Under the pieces are notes generated by a model, which saw only the letters and a list, made by a program, of their open reading frames with translations, was not told the DNA's origin and did no database searches. Of a stretch of 64,000 bases of DNA, positions 8,822 through 17,668 are shown piece by piece (within the stretch, counting starts at the first letter, position 1; every line of letters begins with the position of its first letter). The DNA comes from Planctomycetota bacterium (GTDB lineage Bacteria > Planctomycetota > PLA2 > JAEUHO01), in the NCBI GenBank assembly GCA_046350655.1, contig JAXMAB010000005.1, positions 11,696 to 75,695 of the forward strand. Reading direction: 5' to 3'. Position numbers and translations under genes: made by a program.

Positions 8822-10573
8822 CTACCTCGGCGGCGGCTTCACCGACCAGTGCGAGGTCCCGCCCGACCCGCGCGCGAAGCCCTCGAGGAGCGTGGCGGCG
8901 TCGGTCCCGGCGTCGCCGATCCGCACCGTGTGCACGACGAGCCGTCGGAAGCGGTTCCAGCGCACGAAGGCGGCGACCTCCTCCTCGACGAGCAGGAACC
9001 GCCCGCCGCGGTGACGACCGTCGCTCACGAGCACGAGCGTGTCCGCCGCCGGCGTGCCCAGCTCGACGAGCGGCCCGGGGCCGACGCGGGCCAGGTCCGC
9101 CGCGATCCAGAGGCCGTCCAGGTGCTCGTGCCAGCGCGACCACCCCGGCGGCGTCGCGTCGAACACGCCGTCGAGCCGCGCGATCGACTTCGCGTCGCAG
9201 GGCAGGAGGCCGCGCCGCCCGAGGACCGCGTCCTCCTGGATCTTCGGCCAGGCGTCCCGCGAGCCGTCGCGGAGCGCCACGACGCCGAACCGTCCCTGCG
9301 GCCCCATCGCCGTCAGGGCGCGCGCGAGCTCACGGCGCACGACGGTCTGCTGCCGCTCCTGGCCCTGTCGGCCCACCCACGACGCGTCGGCGCCGAACCA
9401 GTCGATCGGCTTGCCGGTGCGCGCGAACGCGAGGTCCGCCGGGTAGACCATCGGCAGCGTCCAGTCCACCACGAACACGACGCCGTCGGCGGCGAGCCTG
9501 AGGCCGTAGAACGGCACCGTGGCCGCGACCGCCGCGGTCGTCGCCGGCACCGCGGGGACCTCGCGGCGGGCGTCGAAGCCGCCCGCGTCGATGGCCGCCT
9601 TCCGCGTCGCGAGCCAGCCCCCCCACGCGGCGGGGTCGTCGCCGAACGCCTGGCCCGAGAGCGCCCGCAGCGCCTCGACGGTCTCGCGCCGCTCCGCGCC
9701 GCGTGCGTCCGCCAGCCGCGCGACGAGCGTCCGCAGCATCCGGCCGGTCGTGGGCGCGGCCGCGCGCAGCGCGGCCAGCGTCGCGCGCCGCACGAGCACG
9801 TGCGGGTCCGACAGTCCCGCCTCGAGCGCCTCCTCGCCCGCGGGGCCGCAGCGCGCGACCGCCTCGATCGCCGCCTGCCGCAGGCACACCAGCGGCGACT
9901 GCGCCACCGACGTCAGGAGCGCGACCGCCTCCCGCGCCGCCACCCGCGCGAGCGCGTCGAGGACGAACACGCGCCGCGCGACGCTCCGCTTGCCGTCCTT
10001 CGCGCCGGCCTCGGCCCACCCGTCCCGCACGAGGAACCCCGCTGCGTCCGGCAGCGCCGCGAGGGCCGCGATCGCGGCCGCCTCGCGGGTCGCGAGCGCG
10101 CTCCGACGGAACGCGGGCGCCTGGTCGTGGATCGTCCCGAACACGGTCGGACGCGCGGCGAGGATCTCGGCGTCGAGCGCCTCGGCCGCTGCCACGGTGG
10201 CGAACGCGTCGTCGAGCAGCGTCGGCCCCGCGGCGAGCGCGCCCGAACGCGCGAGCGCGAGCGCCGCCTCGCCGCGCCGGGCCTCGATCACCGCGAGCGG
10301 GCGCGCGAGCAGCGCGAGCGCCGCGTTCGCGTCGTCCGGGATCGGGCTCACGTTCGCGTCCGAGTGCTGGCGCAGGATGGCCTGCCTCCGGTCGAGCGCC
10401 TCGCGCTGGCGCGCGGGGAACGCCTCGTCGTACGCCCGCTCCTCCGCCTGCAGCCGCCGCACCTCCGCGCGGAACGTGGCCACCGGGTCCGGGGCCGCGC
10501 GCGCCCCCGCACCGGCGACGACGACCGCGACGACGATCGCGAACCCCCGAACGACGGCCGGTCTCCGCTGCAT
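8822..10573 (-). CDS. Secreted HEAT/armadillo-like repeat protein (583 aa), function unknown
   Basis: Signal peptide MQRRPAVVRGFAIVVAVVVAGAGARA; repeated A(L/V)xxLxxxxD/PxVRxxA units (SDPHVLVRRATLAAL, LVCLRQAAIEAV); non-junk composition across the length. Confidence 0.6.
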   Translation of the reverse strand: MQRRPAVVRGFAIVVAVVVAGAGARAAPDPVATFRAEVRRLQAEERAYDEAFPARQREALDRRQAILRQHSDANVSPIPDDANAALALLARPLAVIEARRGEAALALARSGALAAGPTLLDDAFATVAAAEALDAEILAARPTVFGTIHDQAPAFRRSALATREAAAIAALAALPDAAGFLVRDGWAEAGAKDGKRSVARRVFVLDALARVAAREAVALLTSVAQSPLVCLRQAAIEAVARCGPAGEEALEAGLSDPHVLVRRATLAALRAAAPTTGRMLRTLVARLADARGAERRETVEALRALSGQAFGDDPAAWGGWLATRKAAIDAGGFDARREVPAVPATTAAVAATVPFYGLRLAADGVVFVVDWTLPMVYPADLAFARTGKPIDWFGADASWVGRQGQERQQTVVRRELARALTAMGPQGRFGVVALRDGSRDAWPKIQEDAVLGRRGLLPCDAKSIARLDGVFDATPPGWSRWHEHLDGLWIAADLARVGPGPLVELGTPAADTLVLVSDGRHRGGRFLLVEEEVAAFVRWNRFRRLVVHTVRIGDAGTDAATLLEGFARGSGGTSHWSVKPPPR

Positions 10574-10867
10574 CACGCACGCGCCTCCTTGGTGTCCGTA
10601 CAGTACCCGCGTCGGTCGTCGCGCGCCTGACGAGGCGGTCCGCCCCGACCGCGCGGTCACGTGGCCTCGCGGGCGCGCGCGCGAAGCCCGGGTCCCGCGG
10701 GAGCGGGGACGCGGAGCCGTTCCGCCGACGCAAGGCCCGTTCGCCGATTCGCCGCCCTCACACGGCCCGCGCCGCAGGCCCCCGTCGGCGGAGCCCGCCG
10801 CGGTGGGCCGGCCCACGTCCCCGGCCCGTCGATCGCGTCCGCTGGCCACCCTCGCTCGGGCGCTCGA

Positions 10868-11101
10868 TCAGGCCGGGCGATCCCGCGTGTCGAGGATCGC
10901 CGACACCGGGCACCCGTCGATGGCCCGCCGCATCGCGGCGAGTTCGGCATCCGTGGTGGGTTGCCGGACCACCGAGGCCGAGTACCCGTCCGCGTGCATG
11001 GCGAACAACGTCGGAGCGAGGTCGACGCAGGCCCCGTGGTTCAGGCACACCACCCGATCGACCACGAAGCGCCCCGGCGCCGGCGTGATGTCCTTCTTCA
11101 T
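10868..11101 (-). CDS. Small ferredoxin (77 aa), single [3Fe-4S]/[4Fe-4S]-type (Fdx family)
   Basis: MKKDITPAPGRFVVDRVVCLNHGACVDLAPTLF...IDGCPVSAI: the typical C-x-x-x-x-C ... CP arrangement of 7-8 kDa actinobacterial-type ferredoxins. Confidence 0.8.
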   Translation of the reverse strand: MKKDITPAPGRFVVDRVVCLNHGACVDLAPTLFAMHADGYSASVVRQPTTDAELAAMRRAIDGCPVSAILDTRDRPA

Positions 11102-11241
11102 GGTCGGATCGTACCGTCGCTTGCCGTCGCCGTTCGACGCGCCGTCGGCCGGCGCGTGGCGGCCCAGGTCGAGTTCCCCGCCGCGCCGGCCACCGGGCCT
11201 CGCGGTCCCGAAAGCACGACCGCCGCCGGGGCGGGGTCGTG

Positions 11242-12099
11242 TCAGCAGCGGAGGCGCATCGACTCGCGGCTGCGCTCGTGCGCGGCCGGGCTCTCGAAGC
11301 CCTTCGAGCGCGAGTGCGCCCAGGCCTTCTCGATCGACGCGACGGCGTCCGGCGTCTGGCACGCGGTGTCGCCGTGGTCCACCTCGACGGGGCCGATGCG
11401 CTTCGCGGCCGCGGTCGCGGCCTTGCGCAGGCGCGCGTCGCGGCAGCCGATCGAGAGGAGCGCCACGTTCATCGCGTACCGCACGGCGTTCGGCGCCGCG
11501 GCGATCCCGCGCTCGATCTCCGCGAGGCGGGCGTCGAACCACGCGTCGGGGACCGTCGGGTCGCACATCGCGAGCGCGCCGACGAGCGACCAGCCCATGG
11601 TGCGACGCGGCTCGTCGGGCGCCGCGAGCCAGGCGTCGGCCCGCGAGAGGCCGTGGGGCCCCTCGCACGCGACGGCGGCGACGTAGCCCTTGCACATCCG
11701 CACCATGCTCTCGCGCGCCCAGCGATCGAGCTCGGCGGGCGTCATCCGCGCGGGGTCGACGACCTTCACGGCGAGGTTGCGGGCGTCGAAGTTGCCGGTC
11801 GCCCAGAGCGCGAGCGCGAGGTCGTGGTCGACGCGGATGCGCTTGTGCAGCGTCTTGAGCGTCGCGAAGGAGACGCCGAACAGGGGCTCGACGGCGCCGT
11901 GGCGGAGGTAGGTCTTCTTCGTCTGGGCGGAGCCGGCCGCCTCGAGGGCCGCCATGGCTTCGGAGAGCGTCGTCCGCGCGCCGGCGTCGGCCGACCGCGG
12001 GGCCCGCTTCGCGAGGGGCGCCGGGGCGCGCTTCGCCGCGGGCGGCTTCGCGACCTTCGCGGCCTTCGCGGGCTCGGACTTCCGTCGACGCGTCGCCAT
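11242..12099 (-). CDS. DNA alkylation repair enzyme, AlkD/AlkC-like HEAT-repeat family (285 aa)
   Basis: Lys/Ala-rich N-terminus, then LEAAGSAQTKKTYLRHGAVEPLFGVSFATLKTL...WATGNFDARNLAVKVV...RWARESMVRMCKGYV, characteristic of the DNA_alkylation family. Confidence 0.75.
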   Translation of the reverse strand: MATRRRKSEPAKAAKVAKPPAAKRAPAPLAKRAPRSADAGARTTLSEAMAALEAAGSAQTKKTYLRHGAVEPLFGVSFATLKTLHKRIRVDHDLALALWATGNFDARNLAVKVVDPARMTPAELDRWARESMVRMCKGYVAAVACEGPHGLSRADAWLAAPDEPRRTMGWSLVGALAMCDPTVPDAWFDARLAEIERGIAAAPNAVRYAMNVALLSIGCRDARLRKAATAAAKRIGPVEVDHGDTACQTPDAVASIEKAWAHSRSKGFESPAAHERSRESMRLRC

Positions 12100-12432
12100 C
12101 GAGACCTCCGGCGAGGCATGGTACCCGCGCGGCGCGCGGCCCGACGGGGCCACGTGCCGCGCTCGCGCGCGCTCGGGGCCGGCGCGCCGACGCCCGCGCG
12201 GACCGTGACGACGGCCCCGCGACCGGCACCGTCGCGCCGCGGACCCGGGCGACGACGGGACACGGGACGTACGTCCGCGGGCGACGGTCCCCCGTCCGCC
12301 GACGCGAGGCCCGGTCGCCTCCGGGGTCGGCCCGTCGTGCGCGCCGCGCGGGGCCATCGCGCGCCAGGGGCCGCGAAAGGCCCGCGCGCGGGCCCGGTCG
12401 GTCCGGGCCCGCGCGAAGGACGAGGACGCGGG

Positions 12433-14751
12433 CTACCACGCCGCCGACGCCCGCTCGCGCCCGGCGGGGCGCGAGGCCGGCGCGCGCGGCGCGGGGTCGT
12501 CCGCGACGGCGCGGTCGTACGACCAGCCGGTCTTGAGCCCGAGCACGAACCACGCGAGGGCCGCGACGCCGCTCAGGAAGACCGTGTCGCCGACGATCCG
12601 GAGCCAGCGGAGCGTCGGGAGGACGCCCGACTGGAGGAACTCGGCGCTCCGCGCGTACCAGAGGCCGCGCTCGACGCTCGCCCGCGCCTGCAGGAGGCCG
12701 ACGGGGAGGAGCGAGAACAGGACCATGGCGGCGAGGCCGAGGTTGAGGGCGAAGAACGCGTAGCGGAGCGGCCCCTCGCGCCACGGGCGGCCCGCGGTCA
12801 GCCGCCGCAGGACCAGCAGGACGAGGCCGAGCGCCAGCAGGCCGTACACGCCGAACAGCGCGGTGTGGCCGTGGACCGGCGTCGTGTTGAGCCCCTGCAC
12901 GTAGTAGAGGGCGATGGGCGGGTTGATGAGGAAGCCGAACAGGCCGGCCCCGACGAGGTTCCAGAACGCGACGCCGGCGAAGAAGCGCAGCGGCCAGCGG
13001 TAGGCGCGCATCCACGGGGCCGCGCGCTCCTGCCGCAGGGTGTCGATGGCCTCCTTGCCGAGGAACACGAGGGGCACGACCTCGAGCGCGCTGAACGTCG
13101 CGCCCACGGCCATCACCGAGACCGGCGTCCCGCTGAAGTAGAGGTGGTGGAACGTGCCCGGGATGCCCCCCACCAGGAAGATGGACGTGGACGCGAGCAC
13201 GCTGCGCGTCGCGCTGGTGGCGCGGACGAGGCCCATGCGGGAGAAGATGAACGCGAGCGCGGCGGTCGCGAACACCTCCATGAACCCCTCGACCCAGAGG
13301 TGGACCACCCACCACCGCCAGTACTCCATCACGGAGAGGTGCGTGCGGGCCCCGAAGAAGAGGCCGGCGCCGTAGAACAGCCCGATCGCCGCGGCCGAGC
13401 CCGCGAACATCGTCACGAGCGGCCGGCGGTCGTCGGCGCCCCGCAGGGCGGGCCAGAGGCCGCGCAGCATGAGCACGAGCCAGAGCCCGAGGCCGACGAA
13501 CAGGGCGATCTGGAACGCCCGGCCGAGGTCGACGTACTCGTACCCCTGGTGGCCGAACCAGAAGCCCGTCACCGGGCCGAACCACTGCTTCACCGACGCC
13601 CACTCGCCCGCGAGCGAGCCCGCCACGACCAGCAGCAGGGCGACGAAGAGCGCGTTGACGCCGAACCGCTGCAGGCGCGGCTCGCGGCCGCCGACCGCCG
13701 GGGCGAGGAAGAGGCCCGCGGCCAGGAACGCCGTCGCGATCCAGAAGACGCCGGTCTGGAGGTGCCACGTGCGGGTCACCGCGTACGGCAGCCACTTCCC
13801 GAGCGGCAGCCCGAAGAACGCGTCGCCCTCGACCGTGTAGTGCGCGGTGAGCGCGCCGAGGGCCACCTGCACGACGAAGAGCGCGATGACGACGCCGCAG
13901 AACTTCCCGACGGCGCGCATCGAGGCCGTGGGGCGGATCGCGTCGAGCGGGTCCGTCGGCGGCGGCACGGGCGGGGCCTCCTCCGCGCGCCGGGCGTGGA
14001 ACCAGGCGAGGAGGGCGATCCCCGCGAGGAGCAGCACGATGCTCGCGACCGACCACAACACGTTGGCGCCGGAGGGCGCGTTCCCGACCAGGGGCTCGTG
14101 GGGCCAGTTGTTGGTGTACGAGACGTCGCTGCCCGGCCGGCGCGCCACGCACGCCCACGAGGTCCAGAAGAAGAACGTGGTCATGGCCGCGCGCCGCGCC
14201 GGGTCCGCGACGGCCGCCTCGTGCAGGGCGTAGTCGCGCCGCAACGGCGCCAGCGCCGGGTCGTCGCCGAACAGCGCGAGGTAGTGCGCGGCGGTGCGCG
14301 CGATCGCGGCCGCCCGGGCCGACGACACCGTGAGCGTGCCCGTCGCCGGGTCGAGGCGGTTCTCGCGCATCTCGCGGGCCACGCGGGCCGCGAGGGCGTC
14401 CCGGGCCTCGACCGGCAGGTCGGCGAACGGCGCGCCGTGCACGGTCCGCGCGAGCTCGTCGGTCAGGGCGACGGTCTCGCGGTGGAGCCAGTCCGCGCTC
14501 CAGTCGGGGGCCTGGTAGGCGCCGTGGCCCCAGATCGAGCCGACCTGCTGCCCCCCCATGCTCTGCCAGGCCTGTTGGCCGTCGAGGATCCCCTCGCGCG
14601 TCGCGAGCACGCGCCCGGTGCCCTCCTCGACGACCCGTTCGGGGATGGGCGGCGCCTGGCGGTAGATCTCCCGGCCGAAGAAGCCGAGGAGGCCGAACGC
14701 GCCGACGAGCACCGCGACGAGGACGTACGAGAGCCGGCGGGTGGAGGACAT
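12433..14751 (-). CDS. norZ: Quinol-dependent nitric oxide reductase large subunit (qNOR), 772 aa
   Basis: N-terminal periplasmic extension plus 12+ TM heme-copper-oxidase core (HLWVEGFMEVFATA, HHLYFSGTP, TPVHGHTALFGVYG); qNOR lacks a separate NorC and carries this N-terminal extension. Confidence 0.9.
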   Translation of the reverse strand: MSSTRRLSYVLVAVLVGAFGLLGFFGREIYRQAPPIPERVVEEGTGRVLATREGILDGQQAWQSMGGQQVGSIWGHGAYQAPDWSADWLHRETVALTDELARTVHGAPFADLPVEARDALAARVAREMRENRLDPATGTLTVSSARAAAIARTAAHYLALFGDDPALAPLRRDYALHEAAVADPARRAAMTTFFFWTSWACVARRPGSDVSYTNNWPHEPLVGNAPSGANVLWSVASIVLLLAGIALLAWFHARRAEEAPPVPPPTDPLDAIRPTASMRAVGKFCGVVIALFVVQVALGALTAHYTVEGDAFFGLPLGKWLPYAVTRTWHLQTGVFWIATAFLAAGLFLAPAVGGREPRLQRFGVNALFVALLLVVAGSLAGEWASVKQWFGPVTGFWFGHQGYEYVDLGRAFQIALFVGLGLWLVLMLRGLWPALRGADDRRPLVTMFAGSAAAIGLFYGAGLFFGARTHLSVMEYWRWWVVHLWVEGFMEVFATAALAFIFSRMGLVRATSATRSVLASTSIFLVGGIPGTFHHLYFSGTPVSVMAVGATFSALEVVPLVFLGKEAIDTLRQERAAPWMRAYRWPLRFFAGVAFWNLVGAGLFGFLINPPIALYYVQGLNTTPVHGHTALFGVYGLLALGLVLLVLRRLTAGRPWREGPLRYAFFALNLGLAAMVLFSLLPVGLLQARASVERGLWYARSAEFLQSGVLPTLRWLRIVGDTVFLSGVAALAWFVLGLKTGWSYDRAVADDPAPRAPASRPAGRERASAAW

Positions 14752-15371
14752 CACGACCTCCCCGCGCGCGCCGCGCGCAGCACCCGGGGGAACAGCAGCT
14801 CGTTCTCGACGCCGATGTGGAGGAGCAGGTCGCGGTCGAGCGTCGCGAGCTGGCGGTAGAGCTCGTGCCAGGTCGGGCACGCGTCGGGCGGCGGGCGGTA
14901 GGCGTCGGTGCGGCGTCGGAGCCCCGCGAGCACCTCGAGGGTCGTGTCGTGCTCGCCCCGCATCACCGCGACGGGCATGGCGAGGTGCGGGAGCGCGCCG
15001 GCGCGGATCATCGGGAACAGCACCTGCTCCTCCTTCGCGAGGTGAGGGAGCAGCTCGTCGCGCAGCCCGACGAGGGTCGTCGTGAGGTCGGCGGCGCGCG
15101 CCGCGTGGTCGGCATGCGCCGCGTCCACGCGCGTCGAGAGCGCGACCACGTCGTCGAGCTGCCGGCGCAGCGGGACGTGGAAGTGGGCCTCGATGCGGTC
15201 GCAGAGCGCGGACGGCTCGAGGCGGAGCCAGAGGTCCGCGGTCGTCGCGGGGCCGACGGCCGCCGCCGGGTCGAGCGGAAGGAGCGTGGCGGACGGGCCC
15301 GGCGAGGGGCGCGACGAGCAGGTGCACGGGGACGTGTCGGGTCGGGGGATCGAGCGAGCAACGGCATCCAT
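14751..15371 (-). CDS. Hemerythrin-like di-iron protein of the ScdA/DnrN/YtfE (NO-responsive) type, 206 aa; stop overlaps the norZ start (ATGA)
   Basis: Internal Met (MDAVARSIP...) with GGAG RBS; HHE-type motifs HFHVPLRRQLDD, HADHAARAADL, HLAKEEQVLFPM, MRGEHDTTLEVL, HIGVENELLFP. Confidence 0.75.
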   Translation of the reverse strand: MDAVARSIPRPDTSPCTCSSRPSPGPSATLLPLDPAAAVGPATTADLWLRLEPSALCDRIEAHFHVPLRRQLDDVVALSTRVDAAHADHAARAADLTTTLVGLRDELLPHLAKEEQVLFPMIRAGALPHLAMPVAVMRGEHDTTLEVLAGLRRRTDAYRPPPDACPTWHELYRQLATLDRDLLLHIGVENELLFPRVLRAARAGRS

Positions 15372-15454
15372 GGGGAATCTCCGGAGGACACCCCCCTTAC
15401 GCAGGCCGCGATCCACATCGAAAACCGTTGTGGCAAAACGACTTACGACGGAGC

Positions 15455-15484
15455 GTTGCGATCTGCGCAACACCTCGACCGTTG
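15455..15484 (-). promoter_or_regulatory. Candidate sigma-54 (-24/-12) promoter for the hemerythrin-norZ operon, overlapping a GTTGCG-N5-CGCAAC palindrome
   Basis: Minus strand reads caacGGtcgaggtgTTGCgcag (GG-N8-TTGC spacing correct; -12 element good, -24 weak). The + strand palindrome gttgcgatctgcgcaac is at 15455..15471. Sits 90-110 bp upstream of the ATG and adjacent to divergent norR. Confidence 0.25.
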
Positions 15485-15502
15485 CTATGATCACAACACG
15501 TT

Positions 15503-17074
15503 ATGAACAAGACAACCGATGGCGACGACCTCGTCCTGGGCCTCGCGTTGGACCTCACGGTGGCGCTGTCCACGGAGGACCGCTACCGCCGCGTCGTGGC
15601 GGCGGTGCGCCGCGCGCTGCCCTGCGACGCGGCCGTCCTGTTCCGCCTCGACGGCGACGACCTCGTGCCCGTGGCCGCCCACGGCCTCGCGCCGGAGGCC
15701 CTCGCCCGACGGTTCTCCCGGCGGGCGCACCCGCGCCTCGACGCGATCTGCCGCTCCGACGGCCCGACCAGCTTCCCGCCCGACTCGCCGCTGCCCGACC
15801 CGTTCGACGGCCTCCTCGCGGCGGACCCCGACGCCACGCGCCACGTGCACTCGTGCTTCGGCGCGCCGCTCCGCGTCGAGGACACCCTCGTCGGCGTCCT
15901 CACGGCGGACGCGATCGACCCCCGCGCGTTCGCCGAGGCCGACGCCAAGACCCTCCGCACCCTCGCCGCGCTCGCCGGGGCCGCGATGCGCACGTCGGCG
16001 CTGATCGACGCGCTCCGCACCGAGGCCCAGCGGCAGGAGCGCGTCGCCCGCGACCTCCTGCGCGACGGCGAGCAGCGGCACGGCGGCCACCTGCTCGGCG
16101 AGTGCGCCTCGATCCGCCGCCTGCGCGACGAGATCGCCCTCGTCGGCGGCACCGACTTTCCGGTGCTCGTGACGGGCGAGACCGGCGTCGGCAAGGAGCT
16201 CGTCGCGCGCGGGCTGCACGCGGCCTCGCGTCGCGCGGACCGCGCGCTGATCTACGTGAACTGCGCCGCGCTCCCCGAGAGCGTGGCGGAGAGCGAGCTG
16301 TTCGGCCACGTGCGCGGCGCGTTCACGGGCGCGGACCGCGAACGGCCGGGGAAGTTCGAGGTCGCGGACGGCGGGACCCTCCTCCTCGACGAGGTCGGGG
16401 AGCTGCCGCTGTCGGTCCAGCCGAAGCTGCTCCGCGCGCTGCAGCACGGCGAGATCCAGCGCGTGGGCTCCGACCGCGCGCTGCGGGTCGACGTGCGGGT
16501 CGTCGCGGCCACGAACCGCGACCTCGAGGCCGAGGTCGCCGCGGGGCGCTTCCGCGCGGACCTCTTCCACCGCCTCGACGTGTATCGCCTGCGCGTGCCG
16601 TCGCTCCGCGACCGCGCCGACGACATCCCGCTCCTCGCCGGCTGGTTCGCCGACGCGACCCACCTGCGGCTCGGCACCGGCCCCGTGCGCTGGACCGCGT
16701 CCGCGCGGGCGACCCTCCGCCGCGGGACGTGGCCCGGCAACGTCCGCGAGCTCGAGAACGTCGTGTCGCGGGCCGTCCTGCGGGCGTCGGCCGAGGTGCC
16801 CCGCGGGGCACCCGTCGTGCTCGAGGTGCGCCACCTGACGGATGCCCCGCCGGCCGGCGACGCGAGGCCCGCCCCGCCGCCCGCGCCCGTCCACGCGCCC
16901 CTCGCGGGCCGCACGCTCCGCGAGGCGACCGAGGACTACCAGCGCGCGGCGGTGCGCGCGGCCGTCGCGGGCCACGGCGGGAACTGGGCCGCCGCCGCGC
17001 GCGACCTCGGGATGCACCGCAGCAACCTCCACCACCTCGCGCGCCGCCTCGGGCTGCGCGAGCGGCCCCCCTGA
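15503..17074 (+). CDS. norR: Sigma-54-dependent nitric-oxide-responsive transcriptional activator NorR (GAF + AAA+ sigma-54 interaction + Fis-type HTH), 523 aa
   Basis: GAF region, then Walker A GETGVGKE, GAFTGA motif, ESELFGH, C-terminal HTH; divergent from the NO reductase operon. Confidence 0.9.
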   Translation: MNKTTDGDDLVLGLALDLTVALSTEDRYRRVVAAVRRALPCDAAVLFRLDGDDLVPVAAHGLAPEALARRFSRRAHPRLDAICRSDGPTSFPPDSPLPDPFDGLLAADPDATRHVHSCFGAPLRVEDTLVGVLTADAIDPRAFAEADAKTLRTLAALAGAAMRTSALIDALRTEAQRQERVARDLLRDGEQRHGGHLLGECASIRRLRDEIALVGGTDFPVLVTGETGVGKELVARGLHAASRRADRALIYVNCAALPESVAESELFGHVRGAFTGADRERPGKFEVADGGTLLLDEVGELPLSVQPKLLRALQHGEIQRVGSDRALRVDVRVVAATNRDLEAEVAAGRFRADLFHRLDVYRLRVPSLRDRADDIPLLAGWFADATHLRLGTGPVRWTASARATLRRGTWPGNVRELENVVSRAVLRASAEVPRGAPVVLEVRHLTDAPPAGDARPAPPPAPVHAPLAGRTLREATEDYQRAAVRAAVAGHGGNWAAAARDLGMHRSNLHHLARRLGLRERPP

Positions 17075-17113
17075 CCCGCGTCCCGCCGACGCGAGGCCCG
17101 CTACGATCCGGGG

Positions 17114-17620
17114 ATGGACGTCCCGGCCCTCGTCGCCCGTCTCGAGTCGTTCCCCGACGCCGTGGACGCGCTCGTGCGCGGCCTCGACCTCGCCGCGTGG
17201 CGCTGGCGCCCCGCGGACGGCGGCTGGTCGGCCCTCGAGATCGTCGGGCACCTGCGCGCGGAGGAACGCGACGACTTCCGCGTCCGGCTCGGCCTGCTCC
17301 TGCGCGACCCCGCCGCGCCGTGGGCCCCCCTCGACGCGGAGGCCGCCGTCACCGTGGGCCGGTTCCAGGAGCTCGATCCCGCGACCACGCTCGCCGCGTT
17401 CCGCGCGGAGCGCGCGGCGTCCGTCGCCTGGCTGCGCACGCTCGACGCGCCGCGCTGGGACCACGCGCGCGCGACGCGCGACGACGGCCCGTTGCACGCC
17501 GGCGACCTGCTCGCGTCGTGGGTCGCCCACGACGCCCGGCATCTCGGGCAGCTCGCGAAACGCCTGCACGGGCTCGCGGCCCGCGACGGCGCGCCGTTCT
17601 CGGTGCGGTACGCCGGCTGA
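17114..17620 (+). CDS. DinB/YfiT-like (DinB_2) metal-dependent protein, 168 aa
   Basis: WSALEIVGHLRAEERD ... WVAHDARHLGQL: the spaced His motif pattern of the DinB_2 family. Confidence 0.75.
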   Translation: MDVPALVARLESFPDAVDALVRGLDLAAWRWRPADGGWSALEIVGHLRAEERDDFRVRLGLLLRDPAAPWAPLDAEAAVTVGRFQELDPATTLAAFRAERAASVAWLRTLDAPRWDHARATRDDGPLHAGDLLASWVAHDARHLGQLAKRLHGLAARDGAPFSVRYAG

Positions 17621-17668
17621 CCGCGGGCCGGGCCCGCCCCGCGCGCCCCGTCCGGCCCACGGGCCCCG

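Noticed and set aside
15372-15502. NorR upstream-activator sites (three GT-N7-AC pairs) in the norR/norZ intergenic region
   Set aside because: I could not find properly spaced GT-N7-AC repeats by eye. Only the sigma-54-like element and one palindrome are reported.
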